NCBI GenBank assembly: GCA_028534125.1
Contig: CM052819.1
Location: 52,204,001 to 52,268,000 of the forward strand
DNA length: 64,000 bases
Source of the DNA: Lama glama
Lineage: Eukaryota
Direction: 5' to 3'
Shown: positions 1 through 13,310 of the stretch, one piece after another
How the letters are laid out: the number at the start of each line of letters is the position of its first letter
Numbering within the stretch: the first letter of the stretch is position 1
The notes under the pieces: model-generated
Seen by the model: only the letters and a program-made list of their open reading frames with translations
Databases searched by the model: none
Told to the model about the DNA's origin: nothing
Translations under genes and position numbers: made by a program

Positions 1-1641
1 GAAAACAAATACCTACACTTAAAGGAAAAGGCAGGGTGAGGTCAGAAAATGTCCTCTCTCACCTAAGCCGCCTGGACATCAGACCCCCAACATCACTCAT
101 ACCCTGGTCTTCATTATATGAAATTGGTCACTTTGGTCGCCCAGAGAAGTCCTACAATTTTTCAAATCTTTCAATAGACAAAGTATCTTCTAATTCAGAT
201 GACTTGAAGGCTTACATTGCAAAAGACACTGCATTTGATTTTGTGACGAATGATTAAGGGAGTAGAAAAATCATCTTCATTCTTGAGGAACTTAAAACTA
301 AAGTGAGGGTGCAACAGAGCCCATTGGAAAAACAAGACACTCAAAGGCTATTAGAGAAACACTGTACACATCCTTACACCATTGTGGTTGCAGAGGTAGA
401 CTCAGTCCATGGGATCCACTTAAAACCCTTTGTGGAGGAAAAAGCCATTCATGGTCATCAGGAGAAAAGCGGTTCTGTTCATTGGCCAGCAATGTGGGCA
501 GCAGGGCACACAAATGGAAGGGAGCACGTGTGAGCTCTGTGGACAAGTCAACTGCTTCATTTACATAGAAAGATCAGTTATTTTTCTGGTCAAGATAGAA
601 ACTACAAGTTGGGGCAAAGTAAGATAATGTGGAGATAGTAGGAGGTAAGACATAAGGAGAGAGAATTACAGTTGTAAAGTGATTCAGGTGGTAATTTGGA
701 AAACTATAAAAGAAAATCTTTTACATTTTTCTAGGGAAATTTTCAAATCTACATCCAAGTAGAGTGGGATCATAACCCTCTCTGTGCCTATTACGTATCT
801 GCTGATAAATGTCAACGTTCTGTCAAATATTTGAATGAGTGAACATGTAAGTTATTTAGCCTCTTGTGGGTGGTGGTGTATATTTACATAGGTTATCAGA
901 AAAAAATCATGGACTTTCAAGCCAGAAAGAGTTTACACATTCAAGATAAGTCAAATCAGTTCTGCCTTAAAATTAGCTTCCCACAGGCCAGACACAGGAA
1001 CAAAGTGTGAAGTCCCTCAGAAGTCAGGTCTCTGATGTGAAGGTCTTGCCAAGGGAGCTGAGATGAAGCAGAAAGGCCTTTAGGGAGACAGTGCATCTCA
1101 CTGGGCACAGAGAGAAACATAGTTTAAATGTAACTAAAGAAGCCAAGTATTCTTGCAGACTAGAATCAACAGTAACAACCAGGTAATTACCATGTTTCAG
1201 ATACCGAAAGTGGGAAGGATTTTGATAAGAACGCTGCCAAATGCTAGACTGGGTATTTCCCCCATGTTATCTCATTTAAATCTCACAAAACCCACTTTTA
1301 AAACCTGTTTTCCTATTTTACATGTAAATTAACTGGGGCATAGAGCTCTTTAGTCACTGATTCATGACACACGACCAGAGTGGTAGATCTAAACTGCCAC
1401 CTGGTTTAGTCTAACTTGCAATTGTGTTTGCTTTTTATAACTAAGAAACCAGAGAGGAAAAAACCAAAACAAGCAAACAAACAAATAAAAACCAAAAACC
1501 CAAGAAACAAAGACCTCGAGGTCTTGAGCTCAGTGTCATGCTGCTCAGGGACCCAAAGTGAGAATGGTCTCTAAGAGGGTGAGATGGACCAGGCTGAGCA
1601 GTTCAGGGTGCTCTGATACCCAGAAAAAGAATATAGAGTTC

Positions 1642-1709
1642 ATAACACAACACTGTAAATAGACTATACATCAGTAAAATGAAATAAAATATCACACACA
1701 CATACACAC
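1642..1709 (+). mobile_element. Extremely 5'-truncated L1 3' end with a (CA)n-converted tail
   Basis: TAACACAACACTGTAAATAGACTATAC matches the L1 terminus also seen at 13.6 kb. It is flanked by AAGAATATAGAGTTC (1627-1641) / AAGAATATGCAGTTC (1710-1724). Confidence 0.75.
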
Positions 1710-4024
1710 AAGAATATGCAGTTCGGATAAGAAAATATCTTCTTTGTCAACGAGACCATGGATTGGACACAAGTAAAACTGTCTTTTTACATTACTACTT
1801 AGTATGTTGTTTTTCTTTTATATGTTTGGTGGTAAAAGGAATTTCATCCTCACATAGGACATAGAAAAGGACTCAGAAAGACAAGGCTGGGTGCAGGTAG
1901 AAGATTTTCAAGATGGAGTAGAGGGATAGACCTGGTGAGATGCACAGGGGCTGAGGAAGCACCCAGGAGGTGGCGCGTGGTGGCGGTCAAGGGTGCTGGC
2001 TCCACTCCCGGCTGGACTTCCCCTCCACTCATAGCTTGCCTTTGTGCATGTCTTTCTTTGTGGAGTCCCAAAGGGAAATCTGAGTTTTCCAGTGTGACTT
2101 GTTTACAGTGGATGATATCCAAGATCTGGGGTTCAGGGATGAAAAATATTTTTAAGTTATACATTGTTTCATGGGTATCAGAAAAATTTTTTTTCTAATT
2201 TGGTGAATTCATAGACATGATTAGTCAGAAAAAGCTTAAGTTTTGCAAATTAATTTAGAGACTAATATTAAGGTAAAATAGCGTGGGCATTATGCTGGTA
2301 GATTAATATAAAGCATGTCTGAACAAGATACTAATGGCCCAGTAAGGAGAGATTGGAAAAAGAGGAAAGGCCTGGTGGAGGTGCGTGTGCAGAAAGGTGG
2401 GGGGTAAACCTAGACACGCTGATGCCACAGGACCATGGCCATGTGTGAGTGACGCACTTCATAGAACTTCCTCATGTCACAAATGGGAAATCTGAGGTCT
2501 GGAGGGAAACACAATTACCAACTATCTCACAGGAAGTCAGTTACACAGCAACCACTGGAACTCGGGGTTTTGCTTCATAACTGAGTAATTATTTTGACGA
2601 AGCCAGTCCCTTTGAAAAAATAAATATTTTGGTCATATATGAATAATGTCACTATTCAGTTCATCATGTTCAACATGTACGTTCTTGCTCATATCCATGA
2701 GTTTATATTATCTGGTGTTTCCAATGTAATTCAAGAGGTATTTGTCGGGAGGATGTTCAATGTCTTCGTGATTTCATTTGAAAGATGTCTACGGGTCGAT
2801 TCAAGTGATTGAAAACATTTTTTAAATAGTTTGGGTAATTAAAGTAAAATATTTTTGAAAGAAAAATGGCAAGACCTGGACAAGGGCTGCTGCCTGGTAA
2901 GAGCAGGGGAAAAGGGGCCCAGGGACCCAGTTGGAATTCTGGCCCCTTGAGCCACAGACGGACTATAAGCAGTGTACTTAAGATTCCTGGTATCTGGGTT
3001 TCTGTAACACGGGAAAAATAAAGACCTTCTTGCAAGATGTATTTGAAGGTTACTGATAGTAGAGAACCCCAGGGCAGCTCCCGACACCTAGTAGGTATCA
3101 AGTATGTGGCAACAATTGTTCTGTGTGTGTCGGGGTAAGAAAGAGGAGCCAGACTGCAAAGGAGTGGTCTCAGAGCCAGAAACAGGAAGCATTTTGATGT
3201 GATACCAACAGAAAATGAATAAGTAGGAAGAGAGAGTGGGTTTGGGTTTTACAATCACTTTCAGAAGCGCTGGTAGGTATGTGTGTTCTGTTTATGTTAG
3301 CGGGCTCATTCTAGACAGTGAATCATTTTCCTAACCTCAGAGGTTTTGGTAGTTACACTGTTTCACTTAATATTTCTGCAAAAATACCAAGAATTTAAAA
3401 GGGAATTTCCTCAGCCAAAACTCAACTCCTACTATCTGGATTCCATGAAACTACAATGTTGACAGCTCTTAATGAACATTTTTAGCATCTGGGTTATATC
3501 AACTTTCCTTGGATCATGAATATTTTATCATTCCCACTTTTACAAAAGCAAATTAATAATATAGTTTCCATGTGACTGTATTTCTTTGCATGAGCAGGAC
3601 ATAGAAATGGAAAATGCTTTTTAGGGGGAAGCAAATACTTTTGTATGTGACCGATGTCACCAGCAGACTCCTCCTACTTAATCCACATTATTCTTAAAGT
3701 AAATACAAATTCATTCTTTATGTTTATACAGCTCTTAATGAGTTTGCAAAGTAATTTCACACACATTATTTCATTTGCTTTTCATGACAATAGTATAATG
3801 ATTAATATTCTCATTTTCTAGATGAAGCAGCAAAAGCTCAAAGTATCAGTGTCTTGTTCAGGGTCATGTCGCTGAAGAGGAGTTGATTCAGATCATCCGA
3901 CTCCAAATTCAATAGAGTTTTCACTCTATATCTCCACTTCTTATTTTCATCATTCAGTATAAAATGAAACATGAAACATGTTTGTCCCTGCCCTTAAAGA
4001 CTTCACAATTTTATTTGGCAAGAA

Positions 4025-4052
4025 ACACACACACACACACAAACACACACAC
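4025..4052. repeat. (CA)n microsatellite, interrupted
   Basis: ACACACACACACACACAAACACACACAC. Confidence 0.9.
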
Positions 4053-4569
4053 CTGAGTGAAACATCACTACAGGCGAAACATCAGTATACGATGTCAAAC
4101 GCCTTACAAATGTTCCCCCCAGGGCTGTTAACGTGAGCAGGGAAGGAGCGCGCTTGAGATCACCTTGGTCAAGGACGTGCTGTAGAGGAAGTAGGAAGAA
4201 AGGTAACAAGAGTTTTTCTGAGAGTAGAAAGCCAAGCACCCATGCGGGTGATTGTGGTAATCAAGCTGTCCTCCTCCCCCAGGCTCTAACTCTCGTCTGC
4301 AAACATTCCAAAAGGAATAGCACATTGCATTCTTGGCTGGAAATTAAACAAGCAAGTGAATCATCTGAAAATTCAGGCTTGGAGTAGGTTTTCATCTGAT
4401 CAGTATGAGAGATGTCCACGCGAAGGGCTCCCTGCTGACGGTGTACCCACAGTAACCAAATAGGTGATGTCTGGCACCTGTTAACTTGCTGCTACCCAGC
4501 TTCACTCAAAACCAGGCTTCAACAAACCAAGCCATAACATTTTTTCGGCAGTGTGGTAAGCTCTGCGGA

Positions 4570-4790
4570 CAGGGAGACAAAGGAAAGAACGCTGGTTAGG
4601 AATCAGAAGAACTGGGCTTTGTCTTCGCGTTGCAGCCGCCGTGTGAGTGTGACCTTCAGCAGCTCACTTCACCTCCTGTGTTCCAGTTTCATCATCTGTA
4701 AATTGGCCTAAATGCTACCTGCACAGCCTACCTTTTTGCAAAGGATTAATGGAGAGACATATGTCAAAGCATCCTGAAAATTATATAAAA
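4570..4790 (+). mobile_element. MIR
   Basis: GTGTGACCTTCAGCAGCTCACTTCACCTCCTGTGTTCCAGTTTCATCATCTGTAAA core. Confidence 0.65.
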
Positions 4791-5528
4791 TACTACACAA
4801 AAGTATAATTATACACCAATATATGCTATATGCAAGTATTATATAATGATTTCCAAGGATCCTTTTATAAAACCCCCTTCAATTTTCTTTTGTAACTTTG
4901 CCAGCACTTAAAAATTTTTTCTTTTTGCTTCATCACAGCTCCCAAGTATATGATGTACACAGAGATAACTGTGAAATCATTGTACATAAATTTAATGAAA
5001 AGTCATTTTCCCAGAAGCCTTCTCTTTGGTGAAACTTATGTCATTTTGAGCAAGAGTCACTATACTAAGTGAGTTTTATAGAATTATTAGATGTATGGGC
5101 CAATGTGGAGGAGTTGGTTAATTTTAAAAAATTAAAATATAAAGACTAAAGAATATCCTTACCTGAAAGCTTGCTGAAATAGCTACTAACAACCAATCAC
5201 TATGTGACACTTCACTCTCTACCACCGGGCTTGATGGATCAGACACAAGGGCGTATGACCCGGGAGTCTGGTAGAAATGCAGACTCTCCAGTCCTGCCCC
5301 AGATCTACTGAATCAGATTCTGCATCTTAACAAACCAGTGACTTGTATGCATATTGAAATTTGAGACTCACTGGCCTAAGAGGCACTTTCAGAAAAATTG
5401 TATCATTTGATTCTTGGGATTATTGTGTTAAAAACAGTATCAATACTTTGTCTTCCTCACACCCCATAGTCCAGTGAAACTCAGAGAAGTTAAGCCAGAG
5501 TGACATGCCTAGGTGTCTTAGCTGAAGG

Positions 5529-5665
5529 ATTTATTTATTTAAAAAAATATTTTTGGAGGGGAAGTGATTAGGCTTATTTATTCTTTTGGTGGAGGTACTG
5601 GGGATTGAACCTAGGACCTCATGCATGCTAGGCACACACTCTACCACAGAGCTATACCCTCCCCC
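5529..5665 (-). mobile_element. Camelid tRNA-derived SINE (Vic-1-like), inserted into a MIR
   Basis: The reverse complement is GGGGAGGGTATAGCTCTGTGGTAGAG...GGTCCTAGGTTCAATCCCCAGTACCTCC plus an A-rich tail. TSD is CTTAGCTGAAGG (5517-5528) / CTTAGCTGAGGG (5666-5677), with a TT/AAAA L1-endonuclease site on the minus strand. Confidence 0.9.
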
Positions 5666-7837
5666 CTTAGCTGAGGGGTTTTAACATCAACTTTCTGGTT
5701 TGAATGCCTATGCTTCTTCCACCACAGGCCTCTTCTGTTGCATCTCTCTCTCTGATACTTTATATGAGGACCTACCTTGAAACCAGATATGACCTCTAGG
5801 AATCCTTTCTGACTTAAAAATCTTCTAGTTTATTTAAGGTACCCAACTCACGAAACCCCACCTCGTGATACAGGGAAACTCACACAAGGAGAGGAAGAGC
5901 TCCTTCCTTCTGTGGCACAGCCAGACCCTTTGGGTCAGTGCCAGGCTGATGACGGGGAAATTCCCATTTCACATTCTTCTTCATTTACTTGGATAACTGA
6001 GGTCTTCAGTGACATCAGACTTCCTGCGATCTTTCTGGGAGTTCATTCTTGGCTGATCCCATGATCAGAATACCACTATTACAGGTGCCACTCCTGGCGT
6101 TGCTCAAACCCCGGGGCTGACTGCGCTTCTTTCAGGGCCTCAAGGTGGCTCCTTGGAGTCCAGGGTCTGCCTACATTGTAGGACGAAGGCCTGATTCCCT
6201 CGCTTAATAGGAGTGCTTGAATTATGCTGCTGATTGTCTGCGAGCTTTCTCTTTCTTAACAGATTCCCAGTCTTGGGAATAGCACAGTCACAGGCATAGT
6301 GGTCAACAGGCAGTGGTCTGAAAGTGTCATCAGCAGGGATTTATTTACAGCTGAGAACTGAGGAATTAACTACACCCCACAAAATATGATATATGGATAT
6401 GGGCAAAAAATTAAAAAAAAAAAGAAAGAACAAAAACAAATCAAAAACAAAAAATCCAAGGAATAATAAAGACATTAACATTATCCTTTCGAAGCTTCCT
6501 AAAACCAAGTGTGACAACTGTGGTCCTATCCAGAGAGGTGGCTCTTACTGTCTTTCCGAAGGTGAGCTCAGCTGGTGTTCCAGGGTGGAGAGAGCTGGGC
6601 GTACAACACGTCACCTCCCTCCTGTCCACCCTCAGGATGTAGCTCAGATGACAGCAACACAGTCTAGAGTTTGAAGACGCAGCCATTCTCAACGTGAGAG
6701 CTAATGCCCGAATGGCTGTTCCTGTTTAGTGCAAGTCAATGAGCTTTTTATTCCCCCTTTATTTCCCACTAAGGCTTTCTGTTCAGCACCGGAGCCCCAG
6801 CGGCCCTAGGAGGTGTGCCTTGAGCACCTGCACTATTGCTACACTTACCTACAGATGCCCAAAGGGCTTTGCTAAGGCTGTCTTTCAGCCTGAACTGTTC
6901 CTCACCCACTCAGCTATTTCAAACCCCAAGCATCTCTCAATGCTACTCTGCTCTGAAGCCTCCTATTACTCAAATCAAACACGATCACAGTTGGCAAGGT
7001 GCGTCTCTACCAGAGCAATTAGGTTTTCTGCATGCTTTTGAGTTGTTTGTCTAATTGTCAGTCCCCTCTCCGAGGCACATCTCAGTCTGTTTTACTAGAT
7101 TGTGTTTTTCTTGCTTGTGTGGTTTTATGATACCTATTTCTGACTTACTCTGAAACACTGAGTGCAACAACAATGCACCATTTGAATGGAAACGTGTCTC
7201 TCAAGGTTAAGAAAGAAATGTCAGGCCTTGCTCCTGCAGTCTGGAGTAAGTATGTCATGTGTATCACCCTCAAACCCTGGGGGCATTTGAGGTCACCTGT
7301 GCACCCCCGGGGCTGTATCCAAACCTGCAGGACTTGATCTCCAGCCTGGATGAAACGAGCTCTTCGCTTCAAAAAGAGGTTCCACCCTTTCTCATTTCAT
7401 AAAACCTAAATCCTGTTCTAACATAACATAGATGTGTGCACTTGACTTTAGGAAGATTTTTTTTAAAATTTTTAAGAAATTAGTGCTACGGTACAAGTAA
7501 CATAAGTAAAAATAATCATGGACATTAAAAGAATAAATGTATTATAAATTCCATTATTGTCTCTAAATATATTTTAATTTTCTTATATTGCTATATAGAT
7601 GAAAGCATTTCAAACAGTTCTGAAAAAAAAAAAAACACACACACACACCAGGTAATTACTCCATGATGGATACTTACAAGGAAGGTGAGTTGCAAGGATA
7701 GTTACCTAAAAAGCAAAACTCTTAAATGTGTAAAAAATAAGTAAAGATTCCAGTGAGAAAGAACTTGAGGAGTGATCTTTGAAGATCTGAAAGGTAGATG
7801 AAAATACATTGGAAGGAGGAGTTTGAGATGACACAGT

Positions 7838-7972
7838 ACTGCTGGTGGGAGAACACTGACAGGGGGAGATGCTATGCAGGTGTGGGAATAGGGGAATCTA
7901 TCTGGGAAATCTCCGTACCTTCCTCTCAATTTTGCTGTGAGCCTAAAACTGCTCCACAGAGATAAAGTCTTC
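7838..7972 (+). mobile_element. Old L1 (L1MC/MD-like) 3' end
   Basis: GGGAAATCTCCGTACCTTCCTCTCAATTTTGCTGTGAGCCTAAAACTGCTC motif. Confidence 0.7.
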
Positions 7973-7977
7973 AAATA

Positions 7978-8040
7978 AGTCTCCAGATACTGCCAAACGT
8001 CCTCGAGCAGGCAAAATCTCCCTGGCTGAGAACCGCTGCT
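7978..8040 (+). mobile_element. MER20-like hAT fragment
   Basis: TCTCCAGATACTGCCAAACGTCC...GGCAAAATCTCCCTGGCTGAGAACCGCTG terminus. Confidence 0.6.
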
Positions 8041-8536
8041 TTAGTGAAAATATAAACTCTGGGCTCCACCCCAAAACTGCTGAATGAGAAACTCTGGGGG
8101 TGAAGCCTAGCAGTCACTTTGAGTTGCAGCATGCCTGCCTTGCGGTTTATTCTCACGCAGCTTCAGTTTGAGAGTCTTGCCTCCTTCTCAAAGCAGGTGT
8201 ATCCCGGAGGATATGGACCAGTATTCCTCAGCGCGGGGGCTGTGGATTATCTGCATCAGACTTGCTTTTGTTGTTGCATAAAGTAGCACCTTGGGGCTTA
8301 CCCTAGAGTTCTTTCATCTGAGTTCCATAGGGGATGGGGACTGAGAGAGTCAAGCAGAAAGCAGGAATCCAGTATTTTCCTTTATTTTTTTTAAGTAAGC
8401 ATACCCCAATGTCTCTTACGTATGCAGAAGTTTGAACACCACCGACCCTCCACACTTTCTTTATTCATATCATTGGCATCACAAGTTCTGGTTTCGTGTT
8501 TCCAAAACAACTTTCTGATGACAAATTGAAGCCTAC

Positions 8537-8705
8537 AGCAGTGTTTCTCAGCCCTGGTTGCATTTTTGAAACACCTGGGGAGCTTTTAAAAAACACCAAT
8601 GCCCAGTCCCCACCCAAGACCGATTAAATCAGAGTCTCTGAGGGTGGTATTTTTTTTTTGAGTCCCAGATGATTCTAAAATGCATCTAGGCTTGGAACCC
8701 ACTGG
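8537..8705. mobile_element. MER5A-like hAT-Charlie MITE
   Basis: CAGTGTTTCTCA...AATCAGAGTCTCTG...GGAACCCACTG terminal inverted repeats. Confidence 0.7.
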
Positions 8706-9164
8706 CCTCTGGGGGAGAACAGTTTACTTAGTTTAATGCTTGCATATCTTGTTACAGATTATGAAAGTAATATTCTGGTTTGTATTTCTTTGCTCTTTTC
8801 ATGTCTGTTTAAATCCATTCAGGTTCTGAGGACCACAGCTAAGTAACAGATCTTGGCATGCGGTCATGTAATTGGGACGGTCTCCTTTCCACACCACCTG
8901 CTGGCTCTACCTGCAGTCTCCCTTCCAGTCCTCGGAAGTCAATTTTCAATTTTTGGGGTTTTGTTCAGTTAATTATACTAGAGAAATGGCTGCAAATTTC
9001 TATCTTCAAAAACAGAGGCACTTTGATGTTAATGTAATCAAGCCTTTAGATCTCACTTCCATTTCACAGGGGGTGGGGGAGAGAGAGGAACAAAACAAAC
9101 ATCCATCAGGAAGGATTTAGACCAACCCAGAAGGGGAACATTTTATAGAAGACTTTTCCCATCT

Positions 9165-9650
9165 CTTCAAAAAATCAATATTATGAAAAAAAACACAAAA
9201 TAATAAAAAAATTATACAATATGGCATGGCATTAAAAGAAAATATTTTAAATTGAAAGAGACTTAAGAGACATAACTATCAAAGGCAAAGCATGAGTCCT
9301 GATTGGATCACAGATGAGATAGCTATAAGTGAAATTACAGCAGTACTTAGAAGAATCTGAATATGATTTGGGTATTAGATGATGTTAAGGAATTATTCCT
9401 AATTTTGGTAGGTATGATGGTACTGTGCTTACAGAGAGAAATAGCCTTATTTTCTTAGAAATGCATAACAGGGATAAAATGCCACCCTATCTGTAATTTA
9501 CTTCAAATTACTTTCGTAAAAAAGAAAGATGATACAAATATAGTAAAATATTAGCAATTATCCAATACATTCTAGATTATAGACATGAGTGTACATTATA
9601 GTTTTTTCTCTCTTTTTTTCATTTCTTGAAATGAAAAATAGGGTGGCAAA
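9165..9650 (+). mobile_element. Old L1 (L1MC4/L1ME-like) 3' region
   Basis: AAAGAGACTTAAGAGACATAAC...TGGGTATTAGATGATGTTAAGGAATTA motifs. Confidence 0.7.
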
Positions 9651-10319
9651 AAAAAAAAAAGAAAGAGAGTATATTAAAGCAGTTTAGATAGTGGAGAAAA
9701 TTCTGGTTTGGGAATAAAACGACCGGAGTCTGGTCTTGACTGAGGAGTGCCCTCTGTGGGCCTCAGTTGCTCCTGGGCTGAATAAGGGGTTAGACCATGG
9801 TCCTTCCTGCTGTAATCCTGGGGCAAAAGTCCTCATATCCAATTTTATTAGAACTTGATACAGTAACTGGCATTTCTAGAAGCAAAGTATTGCCCCTAAA
9901 TATGACTTAAAACCTCTCTGGGTAACAGCAATTATGGATGGAGAGGTTTTTTTTGTTTTGTTTGGGTTTTGCAAAGATTTTTCTGTTGCTAGTATTTTAA
10001 TCATGAATAATTTACCATTTCTCTTTGAAGTTTATGAGAAACTCAAGCCCTGTAACCTAAAGTATGAAATCCTCAGATCAAATTTCTCATGGGGAATTCC
10101 TCGTAACAAAAAACAGTCAGGATGCAATTATGTCTAAAGTGAACGGAAAAAAAAACCCTCAGCGTTTTGTTTTATTCCAGATTTGACCACGGAAAGGAGA
10201 ATAAAATTCTAAAGGGGCCAGTGTGCTCTATTAGGGAATCAAGAACGGGCTGTTCTAAAGAAGTTCTCAAGGTATAAGCTTCTTGTAAAGTGGAAAAGTA
10301 AAACAAAAGATTTCAATGC

Positions 10320-11760
10320 CATTCATTTGAGTAAATCCTCACTGGGCACTTCCTGAGGGTCAACCCTATGGAGGGACATTCAAAACAAGTATTTATGGGG
10401 TCAGCCCGTTGTCTGAATGGGGGTGTTTCAGACTCAGCATTTCAGGTGCTGATCACAATAGAATCCTTGTCCTCTTTGGAACTTACATGATAATGGGGAG
10501 ACATGTTCTATAAACATGAAGATAAATAAGTAAGTAAGAAAATAAGTAAGTAAGAAAAGTCAGCTACTGAGAAGTGCTAGTAAAAACAGAGTAACATGAA
10601 AGAGACTGAGGGGGAGCCCTTTTAGGGGGCAATCCATGAAGGCATCTTTAGAAGGTGCTCTTTAATGGGACCTGAATAAGAGGAAGCAAATTAGTGATGC
10701 ACACATAACATCAGGAGAGTCTGAGAGCTCACTGTGTGCAAGGCCTGTGAGCTCTCTACAGCAATCACCAAATTTAAGCTTTACTGCAACCCTGTGAGGG
10801 GGGTGCCTTTTTTTTTATCTCCATATTGCAGAAGAGGATGCTGAAGTACACATTAAACCACACGCCTGATATGACCAACCTGGGATTTGAACCCAGAAGC
10901 CTCTCTCCAGAACCTGCACTCTTTGGTCTCATCACCCACCACTCAAAGCTGGGGCAGCAGGTTTCCATTATATGTTATTACAAGAAATTGAATTTAGTTC
11001 AGCATATAATGGAAAGGAAAAAAATATATATGTATGTATATGTGTACTTGAATCACTTTGCTGTACATCTGAAAGTAACATTGTACGTCAACTACACTTC
11101 AATTAAAAACAACACCAAAACTGGGTTAGCAGTATAGTCCAAGAAGAAGAAATAGAAATTGCAAAGGTCTTAGCAGAGAATGAGCTTGGTGTGTCTGACC
11201 AAAAGAAGGCCAGTCTGGCAGATGCCTGGTCACCAAATAGGAGAGGAGAGGCTGAAGGGGAAGGCTGGACCCTGATTGTGCAGAGCTGTATATGAATTTT
11301 AATCTGATGACAACAGGGAGTCTTGAAGGGGCTTGGAGCGAAGGAGTGATATTATCTGGCTTTCATTTTTAAACGATCACTCTGACTGCTGTGCAGAGGA
11401 TGGATGCTAGGGGGGCAAAAGTGAGGCAGAGAGATCAGTCTGAACAAGCAAGGACTGACTGGAGCTTGAGTTAGCGTTGTAGCGCTGGGTGTCATGATGA
11501 GATGCAACTGGAGGCTGAGTTTTAGAGAGAGACAACAGAACTTTCTGACGTGTTGGGTGCCGGATATGAGGGTGGAAGATGAATCAAGGGTGAGTCCTAG
11601 GATTGTGGTCTGAGCCACCAGGTGGATGGTGGTATAATTTACTGAGGTTAAGGGGACTTGGGAAGAACTAGCATTAGGGGACGGGGGAGAAGAAAGAAGT
11701 CAGGAGTTCTATTTTAGCTATGTTGAGTGTGTGTTGGTTGGTAGACATCAGAGTCTAGCT
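10320..11760 (-). mobile_element. L2 fragments interrupted by a MIR (~10740-10930) and a short L1
   Basis: Typical L2 antisense text: GATCACTCTGACTGCTGTG, GAATCAAGGGTGAGTCCTAGG, CAGGAGTTCTATTTTAG. Confidence 0.65.
11005..11120 (+). mobile_element. Short L1 3' end
   Basis: TGAATCACTTTGCTGTACATCTGAAAGTAACATTGTACGTCAACTACACTTCAATTAAAAA. Confidence 0.75.
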
Positions 11761-12557
11761 TTTGAGTTTAGAAAAAGTAAACTTGGTTTATTCTAGCCAG
11801 GGAAAAAAACATTTTGATAAGAATAATTTCTCCTGAAATAAATTCAGTCTGGGCAGTAAAAAGAGGCATATGTGGCCAAGAATGTGAGTCTAGATCAAAA
11901 GTTGCAAACAAGTGGCCCAAGGATATGTTTGGTTTGGAATTCAAAATGTTTTAAAAATTGGGCTATTTCACATAGAAATAATCCTAGCTTCTCTTAAAAA
12001 AATAAGAAGCCCCAATAGGAACATTGGGCCAATGCTTCCACGTTTGGAGCTCTTCCCTTTTCCACAGGCTGTTCCCTGTGGTATTGCTCCTGTCCAAGCT
12101 TTATCATGTTTTGAGTTGACATCACTGGAACCAGATTCTGGTCTTCACTCTGCCACTTATGATTGTTTGATATTTTGCAGTCATTTAACTTCTGAGCGTT
12201 AGATCCTCAACCATAAAATGTGTGCCATGACCAGCTCACAGGCTCTTCTGAAAATCACATTAAACAATGGATATGAAAGCATCTTGCCTTGATCATGTGC
12301 TCTAACGCTGTAAACTATTATTCCCTTGAAAAAGCAAGAGTTCAGATTATCAGTTTATAACTGCGCACAATGAGAGTTGGAAATATCTAAACTTAATTAT
12401 TTAGGTATTTGGGAAAGATCAAATTTCTCCTAAAATATCATCTAATTTAAAATAAAATGGAAATGGGAAGGAATTGGTGCCAAATTGAGGAGAAGAAATT
12501 CTTTGAGAGAAGACACACCCACAAAATATCGAAAATTCAAAACATTTGAGCAGGAAG

Positions 12558-13310
12558 TTTCTTTACCCAATCATTTGTCCATGTACATCTAGGTTGCTTC
12601 CATGTTTTGGCTACTGTAAGTAGTGCTGCTGTGAACACTGCGGTGCATGTGTCTTTTTGAATTGGAGTTNNNNNNNNNNNNNNNNNNNNNNNNNNNNNNN
12701 NNNNNNNNNNNNNNNNNNNNNNNNNNNNNNNNNNNNNNNNNNNNNNNNNNNNNNNNNNNNNNNNNNNNNNNNNNNNNNNNNNNNNNNNNNNNNNNNNNNN
12801 NNNNNNNNNNNNNNNNNNNNNNNNNNNNNTTCAATGATGGCCATTCCGACTGGTGTGAGGTGACACCTCATTGTAGTTTTGATTTGTGTTTTTCTGATAG
12901 TTAGTGATATTGAGTCTCTCTTCATGTGCATTGGCCATCTGTATGTCTTCATCGGAGAGATGTCGGTTTAGGGCTTCTGCCCAGTTTCTGATTGGTTTTT
13001 TGTTGTTGTTGTTGTTGTTGTTGTTTTGTTATTAAACCATAAAAGCTGTTTATATATTCTAGAAGTTAAGCCCTTGTCAGTCACACCATTTGCAAATATT
13101 TTCTCCCAGTCTGTAGGTTATCTTTTTGTTTTGTCTATGGTTTCCTTTGCTGTAGAAAAGCTTATAAGTTTAATTAGGTCCCATTTATTTATCTTTGCCT
13201 TTTTTTGTATTATCTTGTAGACTCCCCTAGGAAAACATTGTGACAATTTATGTCAGAGAATGTCTTGCCTATGTTCTCTTCTAGGAGATTTATGGTGTCC
13301 TGCCCTATGT
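12558..13310 (-). mobile_element. L1 ORF2 C-terminal segment, inverted part of a 5'-inverted insertion
   Basis: Minus-strand translation gives QIKTTMRCHLTPVGMAII and HMHRSVHSSTTYSSQNMEAT-like L1 ORF2 remnants. The segment contains the N gap. Confidence 0.9.
12670..12829. other. Assembly gap (160 N)
   Basis: Run of N inside the L1. Confidence 1.

Noticed and set aside
298-627. Overlapping short ORFs on both strands, possible pseudogene
   Set aside because: No similarity to any protein I recognise, and no poly-A or TSD.
12589-12952. ORFs containing long X runs
   Set aside because: They are artefacts of the N gap inside the L1.
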